DNA of 64,000 nucleotides from a bacterium (GTDB lineage Bacteria; Patescibacteriota; Dojkabacteria; SC72): NCBI GenBank assembly GCA_021108295.1, contig JAIORF010000102.1, positions 391,041 to 455,040 of the forward strand, read 5' to 3'. Shown piece by piece: positions 38,561 to 48,500 of this stretch (position 1 is its first letter; each line of letters starts with the position of its first letter). The notes under the pieces were generated by a model. It saw only the letters and a program-made list of their open reading frames with translations, ran no database searches and was not told where the DNA came from. The position numbers and the translations under genes were made by a program.

Positions 38561-39235
38561 TTATTTTGGTTCGTAACCCTTTATATATCTAATTACCCTT
38601 CCCTGATTACCTACAACAACAGCTCCAGCAGGAACATCTTTCGTCACGACAGTTCCAGCACCTATCAAGGCTTTCTCTCCAATCGTTATTCCAGGTCTAA
38701 GTACAGAACCTGCACCGATAGAGGCATCTTTTCCAATATGTATGGAACTAACATTCCAATCATCTTTATCTTTAAGTTGTCCCTCACTAGCTCTAGCCCT
38801 TGGTATCATATCATTGGTAGTAAGAGCATTAGGACCAAAGAAAACTCCTTCTTCAAGTGTGACTCCATGGTATACCGGCACATAGTTTTGTATTTTCGTT
38901 TCATCTCCTATAACAACTCCAGAATCTATAAACACATAATTCCCAAGATTACAGTCTTTACCAATGGTAACACCATTTCTAATATGACAGTAGTGCCAGA
39001 CTTTTGAGCCATCTCCTACTTTTACACCATCTTCAAGCATAGTATAATTTCCTACTATACAATTCTTACCAATATCCACATTATTACCAATTTTACAATC
39101 ATAAATACATGTATTTCCCCCTATTGACGTTTCACATCCAATAGTAGCATCAGGATAGACCTTTATGTCTTCATCGAACAGAATAAATTCTTTGATATTA
39201 AAGCCCTCTTCAAAATTATTTTCCTTCTTTTGCAT
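38561..39235 (-). CDS. Hexapeptide-repeat N-acetyltransferase (WbpD/PglD-like)
   Basis: 224 aa. Extended left-handed beta-helix repeats (IGKDASIGAGSVLRPGITIGEKALIGAGTVVTKDVPAGAVVVGN). Confidence 0.7.
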   Translation of the reverse strand: MQKKENNFEEGFNIKEFILFDEDIKVYPDATIGCETSIGGNTCIYDCKIGNNVDIGKNCIVGNYTMLEDGVKVGDGSKVWHYCHIRNGVTIGKDCNLGNYVFIDSGVVIGDETKIQNYVPVYHGVTLEEGVFFGPNALTTNDMIPRARASEGQLKDKDDWNVSSIHIGKDASIGAGSVLRPGITIGEKALIGAGTVVTKDVPAGAVVVGNQGRVIRYIKGYEPK

Positions 39236-40184
39236 AAATGTCCTGGATAAATTGAATTACTGGGATAGAATCTTTTACTGTGATACCCCTTCCTAAAGAT
39301 ATATTCTCATATAGCTGTTTAAAAGAATTAATCTCAAGAATATTCTTTATCAATTCATTATACTCCTTTTCATCTTTCTCGTCCTCAAAGAGACCTTTTA
39401 TCTCATTTTCTCTAAAATCAACTTCTAAAGAACCTTTTGACCCTATGATTGACAATTTAGTCTCCAGATTTTGTGGCTCAGCAGCCAATGTAACTGTTAT
39501 AGAACCCGATATCCCTCCATCGTATTCAACTATCGTTCTAAGGGTATCTTCATAAGGAGCCTTTATCAGTTTGTGTTTAAATGTCTTTGTAAAGAACACC
39601 TTCGGTACTCCAAAGAGTATTTGAAGAAGATCAATATAATGAACACCATATTCAAAAAGAAGACGAGCTTGTTTTTCTGTTAGATAACCAAGTGGTCGTT
39701 GCCAAACTTGAGCAAAATCAACACATCGTATATCTCCTATTAATCTCCCCTCTAAAATCCTTTTTAAAGAATCCACTACTGGTAAATATCTACACTGTAA
39801 TACAGCGTACGCATTTCTTCCTAACTTGCTTGCTAAGATATCAAGCTCTTCTAGTCTAGAAACTACCGAATCTATAGGCTTTTCTATCAACACATCATAG
39901 CCAGCTTCTAATGCTTCCTTTGCAATATCATAGTGATAGATACTTTGAACAAGAATTATTACCAAGTCCATCTCAGTTCCTAACTCTGCAAACATTTCTG
40001 TTTGATCGTAAAATGTTTTGACATTCCATTCCCTAGGTAATTGCAAGCCACCCTCTTTGCTGTGATTAGCAATACCTACAATTTCAAAATGGTCACCATT
40101 ATCTAAAATACCTTGTAGATGTTTCTTAAATATATTCCCACAACCAACTACGCCGATTTTAATTTTCTTCCTGCCCATAAACAT
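39216..40184 (-). CDS. Gfo/Idh/MocA-family NAD-dependent oxidoreductase (WbpB-like sugar 3-dehydrogenase candidate)
   Basis: N-terminal IKIGVVGCGNIFKKH Rossmann motif and the EKP motif (DVLIEKPI). I trimmed the ORF-track start (40244) to an internal Met so it no longer overlaps the upstream paralog by 86 nt. Confidence 0.7.
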   Translation of the reverse strand: MFMGRKKIKIGVVGCGNIFKKHLQGILDNGDHFEIVGIANHSKEGGLQLPREWNVKTFYDQTEMFAELGTEMDLVIILVQSIYHYDIAKEALEAGYDVLIEKPIDSVVSRLEELDILASKLGRNAYAVLQCRYLPVVDSLKRILEGRLIGDIRCVDFAQVWQRPLGYLTEKQARLLFEYGVHYIDLLQILFGVPKVFFTKTFKHKLIKAPYEDTLRTIVEYDGGISGSITVTLAAEPQNLETKLSIIGSKGSLEVDFRENEIKGLFEDEKDEKEYNELIKNILEINSFKQLYENISLGRGITVKDSIPVIQFIQDIYAKEGK

Positions 40185-41187
40185 TCTGAATAAATTGAAT
40201 TGATGGAATAGCCTCAGAAACCTTAATCCCTTTACCCTTTGCAATTTCTTTATACAACTTGGGATGATTTGGACAAGAACCTACATGAGTACCATAAGAG
40301 TTTGGTGTAATACCATCTCCGGCATCCGATTGAATTTTCTCCCATTTCTTTTGTAATTCTTCAGTCTCAAAAGAGGCTCTCTCAACAACATCAAGTGCAT
40401 TACCAGATATTTTCAGAAAACCCTGAGATCCCATAACAGCGATAGAACACTCTAAATTAGAAGGTTCAACAGCCACATTTACCTCAATAGCTCCAGAAGC
40501 ACCATTCTTATATTCCACGACAGAATATAAGGTGTCCTCAAAAGGAATATCCAAATGTTTATGATTAGAAGTATATGTACCTTTTACTTTAGGGACACCA
40601 AACATTCCTTGTAGAATATCTAAGTAGTGTATAGCATATTCATAAAGTGATTTCCCACCCTGATCGATAACTCCTCTCCAATCCTTAAAGTAACCTATAG
40701 GTCTTTGCCATCTTTGAATGAAACTGACCGAACGGATATCTCCTAGCAATTTCTGTTTTATAACCTCACGCATCATCTGCACTGCTGGGTTATACCTCAC
40801 TTGTAAAACAGCATATGCTTTCTTATCTAATTTCTTTGCTAAATCTGAAATTTCCTCAACTTTTGATGCTTCAAACGCAATTGGTTTCTCAATCAATATG
40901 TCATATCCTGCATTCAAAGAGTCTATCGCCATTTCATGGTGTAAATGGTTGGGGGTTGCTATCGTTACCATGTCCATTTTCCCATCCATTTCTTTTAACA
41001 TATTTTTATAATCTACAAAGCCTACTACTTTATTTTCTTCTAATGCTTTATCCAGAACCCCCTTATCAATATCACACAATGCTACTAATTCGAACTTCTT
41101 AGAATTATATTCTATAGACTCTAAATGTCTATTTAAAATGTGACCACATCCGATAATTCCTACTTTAATCTTGCCCATGTTATGCAA
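40159..41187 (-). CDS. Gfo/Idh/MocA-family NAD-dependent oxidoreductase (second WbpB-like paralog)
   Basis: 342 aa. IKVGIIGCGHILNRH and DILIEKPI motifs. Paralogous to the adjacent gene. Confidence 0.75.
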   Translation of the reverse strand: MHNMGKIKVGIIGCGHILNRHLESIEYNSKKFELVALCDIDKGVLDKALEENKVVGFVDYKNMLKEMDGKMDMVTIATPNHLHHEMAIDSLNAGYDILIEKPIAFEASKVEEISDLAKKLDKKAYAVLQVRYNPAVQMMREVIKQKLLGDIRSVSFIQRWQRPIGYFKDWRGVIDQGGKSLYEYAIHYLDILQGMFGVPKVKGTYTSNHKHLDIPFEDTLYSVVEYKNGASGAIEVNVAVEPSNLECSIAVMGSQGFLKISGNALDVVERASFETEELQKKWEKIQSDAGDGITPNSYGTHVGSCPNHPKLYKEIAKGKGIKVSEAIPSIQFIQNVYGQEEN

Positions 41188-41248
41188 TAAAAAATTTAAC
41201 TAGATACAAGTAAAAATATTCTACTCTAATTTAATGACAAATTCAATT

Positions 41249-42505
41249 TCAGCTTACGTATACTTCTCCAACCCTTTTCAACTTGTTCTTCCAATCATAT
41301 TCTTCCTTTACCTTCAAAAACCCTTTTGTTCCCATTTCTTCTCTCTTATTACCATTCTCTAATAAAAATTGTATCTTCTTTGCTATACCATCGACATCAT
41401 CAAAATCTAATAGAAATCCGTCTACATTATCATTAATAACCTCACGTATAGCCTTATTATTACAACCCAAAACAGGTATTTTGTATGTCCAGGACTCCAG
41501 ATATACAATACCAAAAGAATCAGTTTTAGAAACCATAGAGAAAACATCTCCAGCACTATAGAGATCCCATTTCTCTGAATCTGGGATGTTATCAATATTT
41601 AAAATATATTGTTTATATTTACCCTCCAGATTACCTATATACTCACTAAATTCCCTGTTCTGTTGTCCACCAAAAACAAGATGACATTTTATACCTTGAT
41701 TCCAAACCAATTTCATAGCTTCTATTAAATTATAACTCCCCTTATCAAACGTTTTCGAACCAACCTGAAAAACAATAGGGTGTTCTAAAGAATATTTCTT
41801 TCTAAATCTTTCCCCTTTACCAACCGCTATTTTATTCATAAATACTCCCTGACCCACAAGAACAAATTTCTCCTTGTCAATTATTACTCCATTCTTTTTA
41901 CAAAATTCATATATCTGCTCTCCCTCAGCTTTTGTATTCAAGATTATCTTATCAGCATGTTGGAAAAATAGTACAACAGATTTTCTCAGATATTTTTTCC
42001 TTAATGGATCCTTCTTATCTTTACCAATATGAAGAGCTGGCATGATGATGTATGGAATATTTAGTCTTTTAGAAATGACATACCCAATATAGAAAAGGAA
42101 GTAATATGGAGAAGATGATACTGTAACATAATCATACTCTGCCAGATTACCATGTTTTGCTTCTTTTAACATAGAGAATATCGTTGGACAAGTAGCCAGA
42201 TTTTGTATTTTCCAGTTAGGGAAATAACTAAACAATATTCTGAAAACCTTGTTTATATATTTCTTATTCAAGACATGACCTTTGAATGAGAACCTCCTTA
42301 CATTTACACCATTGATTGTTTCTCTCTCCTTGTCTACAATATCTCCTTCTAAATCCCAAAGAGTTTCAGCTCTAAGTGCGTTAGTTGTCCATACATCAAC
42401 GTCAAAATCTAAGTCATTAGCCAAATACTCGGATACAATTTGCATGAACTTTTCAGCTCCCCCTCTTGAGGGGTAATACTTTTGGATAATATTTAGAACT
42501 TTCAT
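41249..42505 (-). CDS. Glycosyltransferase family 4
   Basis: 418 aa. C-terminal DSFGIVYLESWTYKIPVLGCNNKAIREVI GT4 motif. Confidence 0.65.
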   Translation of the reverse strand: MKVLNIIQKYYPSRGGAEKFMQIVSEYLANDLDFDVDVWTTNALRAETLWDLEGDIVDKERETINGVNVRRFSFKGHVLNKKYINKVFRILFSYFPNWKIQNLATCPTIFSMLKEAKHGNLAEYDYVTVSSSPYYFLFYIGYVISKRLNIPYIIMPALHIGKDKKDPLRKKYLRKSVVLFFQHADKIILNTKAEGEQIYEFCKKNGVIIDKEKFVLVGQGVFMNKIAVGKGERFRKKYSLEHPIVFQVGSKTFDKGSYNLIEAMKLVWNQGIKCHLVFGGQQNREFSEYIGNLEGKYKQYILNIDNIPDSEKWDLYSAGDVFSMVSKTDSFGIVYLESWTYKIPVLGCNNKAIREVINDNVDGFLLDFDDVDGIAKKIQFLLENGNKREEMGTKGFLKVKEEYDWKNKLKRVGEVYVS

Positions 42506-42593
42506 TTTCTATCAGAGTTATTATTTATATAGGTTAGAATAATATACAAATTCTAATACAAAAGTTCAAGATATGGGATTTCTGAAATTCCTC

Positions 42594-45500
42594 CTACTTC
42601 AACACAACATCCATATTAACAATCATTGGAGATTTTTCCGTCTTCTCTATTGCCCCTCCGGACAAAGACTCGCCATTAGATACAATACTCAAACTATAAT
42701 CCCCTGGCTTAATCACAAACCTATACCTCCCCTTCACATCCGTAATTCTCTCTCCAACAGTCTCTTCAAACTCCCTCTCTTTAATAACTACCTTTACACC
42801 CTCCAACACATTACCCTGTCCATCCATCACAACCCCATACCTAATTCTCTTCTCAAAGGAATTAATTACTAAAAGTGTAGACAAAAGACCATAGATTACC
42901 AATATCAAAAGATTAATAATACTAGCATCCTGCTGATAGATGACAAGTGAGTATACAAATAGTCCTACAAAAACAACAAACTTCAACAACATAATCCACA
43001 CAGAACCCCTAGACAAAAGACCTACAACAAACTTCTTTCCAAAAGAAGCATCAATAGGATCAATTGGAATAGCCACAACAGACTCTACATCCGTACCACT
43101 AATATGAAGACTCCCTGTATACACATTAGAAATATTGCGATCTGTAGAAGTAGTAATCACACTAGACGGGAAATCAAAACCTGGCTTCCTTACATGCAAA
43201 GTATAGTTACCCGGTTCTAGATCACCATAGAACTCCCCAAAACTGCCTGTCACCATTGTCTCCACAACCTTGCCCTCCATATCTATAACCCTAATAATAG
43301 CTCGAGCAATAGGCTCCTTAGTAAGTGAATCGTAAACAAAACCATACTCCAATTCTGCCTTCTTCCTTCTAAAGAGATTCAAAAGACCAATCAAAGCCCT
43401 CAACATATAATATGGAAGCGTATTCAGTGAGACAAGTAGTAATGACAATGCTGCAACGGTAGTTGCCAAGGAAACGATTGCATCAACATTCAAACCAACC
43501 TCTCCATCCTCATCAACTTCTGTTATCAATTCAATCAACGGATCTAAAATAGACTCTTCTTCACACTCCGTATACTCATACTCACAAAAGTTGGAACACA
43601 TCACACTACCACCCACATACTTCTCATCCATCTCCAAACAAAGCGGTAACTCACCCTCCATCTCAGGATCACACTCCTCACCATCATCCAATACTCCATT
43701 ACCACAAAGCTCCTCTTCCTCAGGAGATGTAAATCCAGAAACTACAATATTACTACCCAATACAGACCTACCGTCATCAATAGTAGCCCTAATATTGTAA
43801 GTCCCAGAACACCAAGCTGTTGTTCCAATTACACTCTCTCCACTAATTATCTCCGTAGGAATATCAAATTCAAAACAGTAACTAGCATCACCCCCACCAA
43901 CTGCACGATATGCATTAACCACTATATCACCATTCCAGTTAGGAGTTAGTCCAAGCTCATCCAACATTAAAACTTCTGTATCGAAATCTCCACCCACAGG
44001 AGCAGTTGGAGGATAATCAATATTTAGTTCAGATGTAAGAAACGGATCCTCACCATAGGTTGCATAACTAATTGAAATTCCCAAGACAACAGGAGTGTCC
44101 TCACCCACCTTATCTAACACAAGCTTAATCTTCATCTGACAATCTGAAGTTGGGAAATCTACTGTACCACCAATCTCTACAGGATACCAATTCACTCCAT
44201 TATCATTTGAAACAAAAGCATCAATATTATTAACCAATGCTCCAGTAATACTATTCAACGTAAAGTGATCTACATTGACCTCACTAGCCTGAACCTCTGG
44301 CCATATAATCACATCTGACTCAGGTTCAAAACTTCGAACAATATCTAAACGATATAAACCAGCCCCCGGCATCATCAACCACGCAATATCAGCACCAGGA
44401 GTATCAAATATCATATCAAACGCCACATACGACCCATACAGCTCTCCAGGGAATGTATAACTAACAACCGTGTCATCAAAAGCATCATCATATGTAGCAT
44501 TATAATCAAACGCAAATATTGAACCCTCACGAGTTGAGATTAATAGCTCCTCCGTACCTTTCTCAGTATTATCAATCCAAGCAATCTTTAATGCCCTCTG
44601 ACTACCAAGCTCTGCCTTAGGAAAGAATGGATAATAAGCATCACTATTCAAAGTCGCAAGATCATCAACATAGGTAGCACTTACTCCATCATCACCCGCA
44701 AACCAATACCAACCATTATCATCAACTAAAATATCAAAAATTGGTCCAGCCGTATAATCACCGGAACTTACAACACAAACATCATCAGCCTTATTAGATG
44801 GTGTTCCATTATCATCACAATATGACACATTATCTGCAGAGTAATCACCTGCCACAACCCTATTTCTTGCCTCATCAAGCAGTAAGGATACATGATTCCC
44901 ACCAATACCATCCCCGGCATCCCAAGTTGTCGCAACATCATCTGCAATAGTATCAATAGTACCCTGTGTATCAATCCATATCATCTCTGCAGTAGAAGGC
45001 CCATGTATCGACTCATTCGCAATGATTGCGTATATACAAGGATATGCACCACGAGTATCAATTTGAACATATAACAAAGATGAATTAACACCCAAAAGAA
45101 TCGAGTAATTATCATAGCTATCATCAGATGTATCAGTAAGAGTATTTCCAACAGAATATATTGTTAGTGGATAGTCATTCTCTAATTCTATTGCCAAAAA
45201 CTTATTTCCCCCATGCTCAAATTCTGTAATACCAATCATTTTTACTGCCTCTGCCCATACTGCTGGATACCTAACCAAAGCATCTGTTGAAACATTGTAA
45301 TATCCAAATGTCCCATCATCGAACCTTAACCACAAATTCCCATCAAGAGCTTCATCTACTCCGATTAATTTCTCACCATATAAAGCTCCGAAATCATTTT
45401 TGTTTGTATATAACTCAAGCTCCAAGTCAAACTGATAATCCAGAGGTAATCTAATCCTTGAACGACCTACGATGGAAGAAGTATTTACACTATCAACACT

Positions 45501-48500
45501 TGAATTATCCTCAAAGGTAATTGTGTGTTCTTCCAGTTCAGGATCTGGTACATCAGCTTCTATGATCTCAAACGTAACCGTCTGAATACTCTGCTTCTTA
45601 TGACTATCACACGAACACTCACACATTTCTTCATCCTGAAGACCAGTATTCATACAATCGTCATAACAAACTTGATAATCATCAGCTGTCTCATTACCCT
45701 CTACATCTGAAGCTTTTATTCTAACCGAATGCTCTGCAATACTTAAATTGGAAAGATCTACCATAAACTCCTTCTCAAAACCATCTCCGCTTGATGTAAG
45801 AATAGTGACAGACTCCCAAGCACCACCATCCAAACTGTACTCTACTGTATCAATTGCACTTCTAGTATCAGATACATAGTCTTCCACATACCCTAGAATA
45901 TCTAAATCCTTATTTATTGACGGATTTGGCTGTACCTCATTTGGTTCAATAGTAGGAGGGGAATTATCAATAAATTCTAATGTAAACAATCTATTCGCCA
46001 TTATATAATCACTATCTATTGAATAATTAATAATCCACCCATTATGATAATAAAAGCTGGCATTCTCGTACACATCTCTTGCCCTAATATAGATATGATA
46101 TCCCCCTTCTGTAGTAAATTCATCTAAAGTAATAGAGAAGTCTTCCTCTTCAGTACTCCAGACTCCATCAGCCGGCAAGAATTCCGTCCAAGTATAATCA
46201 TCTATATCATCCGGAGCCCATAAATACGATGTGTCTAAAACTAGATACTCAGCATATTCACAAAGATCTGGATCTGTAATACTCCCAGATATTGTTGGGG
46301 TTGTATCCGTAATTGCAGATGGATCATCTATTGGATCAAATTCAATCTTTGGTGCATGACCATCTCCTATCTCATAGGTATAAATCTTCACATTGTCAAT
46401 CAATCCTTCAAACCTACTTCCTCCAGTAGGACGAGCTCCAATAGCAAAATCATTTGTCGAAGAAGCCAAAGGATTCTCTGCCCCAGAAAGGTCTAAAGTG
46501 TTATCTTCTACACCATCAATATACACTCTTAGTTGTTCATCACCTGCACTCCATTTACAACCCACGCTATACCACTGATCTACATTTAAAGTAGCTGTCG
46601 AATACAGTCCCTGATGTATGCCATTAATCCATACAGCACAATATACTTGTGAAGTATTATGTGTACCAAGTAACCAAGTATTCTCACTATTCGTAGCATT
46701 ATACTTCCCTGCAATACGCACATGGTCGCCTGCATAACTATCGTGCTTAATCATAGCCTCAACCATAAAGGCGGAATCATCCTGATCAAAACTCAATACT
46801 TCAGCAGAGTCATCCACTGTCATATATCCCAAAGAACTATCCAAAGAGTCTGTTGTATAACCATCGCTGTTCTGTGTTGCACCATGATTAGTAGGACTCA
46901 TACTGTTAATATCCTCAGCTAACCAGTTTAAATCATCATCAAACCTCCATAGCGCTACCAAATCTTTATCATTATCTATATCTAATTCCACAAGAACATC
47001 CTCTATAGCTTCGTTGGTAGCTGCGTCCATCGCTTTCACCTCAAACTTGTAAGATTGATCTGTTGACAAGACTTCAGTATTACAAGAAAAGGTTTGAGTA
47101 GGAAATACCCCAAACAATGTACATGATGTCGTATTATTACTATCGACTGAATATAGATTTACAGAAGCAATATCCGTATCATCAGTCACACTCCCTGTAA
47201 TAGTCACACTCCCTGTAGAACTTCTAAAATAAAAGTCTTGATCAAGTGTAATAACGGGATCGGTAATATCCACTGTCTCACAGGAATATACCTTCACATT
47301 GTCAACTAACCCATCAAATCTATTTCCTCCAGTTGGACGAGCCCCAATAGCAAAATCATTCGTTGAAGAAGCCAAACTCCCCGCTACACCAGAGAGATCT
47401 AAAACATTATCTTCTACACCATCAATATACACCCTTAACTGCCTATCACCTGCACCCCACTCACAGCCTACGTTATACCATTCATCTATATTTAAAGCAG
47501 AGGTAGAATTTACAGAACGCTGTGTACCATCAATCCATATTGCACAATATACACGAGTCGTATCAGTACCAAGTAACCAACTATTCTCATTATCAGCAGC
47601 ATTATATTTCCCTGCAATACGACTATGCGAAAGAGCATAGGTATTACTCTTAATCATAGCCTCAACTTTAAAGGAAGAGTCTGCCTCGTCAAAACTTAGT
47701 AGCTCAGCAGAGTCATCTATAGTTATATAGCCCCCTGAACATTCTAGTGAGTCTGTAGTATAACCATCACTGTTTTGTGATGCACCATGATTGGTAGGAG
47801 TCATACTGTTAATATCCTCAGCCATCCAATTTACATCATCATCAAACCTCCATAGTGCTACTAAATCTTCCTCATTATCTACATCCAATTCCACAAGAAC
47901 ATCCTCTATAGTTTCGTAGGGAACGGAGTCTGTTGCTTTCACTTCAAATTTATAAGATTTATCTATTAATAAATTCTCAGTATCACAAGAAAAGGTCTGA
48001 GTAGGAAATACACCAAATAATGTACACGGTGTAGTACTATCACTATCAACCGAATACAAATTAACAGCAACAATATCTACATTATCAGTCACACTACCCG
48101 TAATATTCACACTCCCTGTAAAACTTCTAAAATAAAAGTCTTGATCAAGTGTAATTGTAGGATAGGTACCGTCCATAGGTAATTCTCCACAGAAATCAAA
48201 CATAACAAACACTGCATAAAAACCAACCCCATAATCAATCTCATATTCATCCACACAGTCAGGATCACATCCTGCCATACAGTAATCAAGACAATCGAAG
48301 AAAGTCTCCCCCTGCATGGAATAACACATATCAGAACACTCTCGTTTACCATAATCACTATGACTATCACAATATCCATAAGCATCACCCTCCGTAGTAA
48401 TTACATTCCTCATTGAAATAGAACACTCGGAGAATGAGTTTGTAGTGTCACACGCTATCCCACAGTCTTCATCACTAGGCATTGCAGAATCAGCCTTACA

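Noticed and set aside
40159-40244. 86-nt overlap between two same-strand Gfo/Idh/MocA genes, considered as a possible frameshifted or fused pseudogene.
   Set aside because: The downstream ORF's first 20 residues (MQRVKGLRFLRLFHQFNLFR) are not protein-like. An internal Met just before the Rossmann motif (…MFMGRKKIKIGVVGCG) gives a normal start with only a small overlap. Both proteins are full length, so this is a start-site artifact.
46393-47640. Two + strand ORFs (46393..46578 and 47299..47640) with near-identical translations (MSINPSNLLPPVGRAPIAKSFVEEAK... / MSTNPSNLFPPVGRAPIAKSFVEEAK...) looked like a duplicated small gene.
   Set aside because: They are antisense shadows of the two tandem LamG-repeat copies inside the giant minus-strand gene. 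The duplication belongs to the big gene, not to independent genes.
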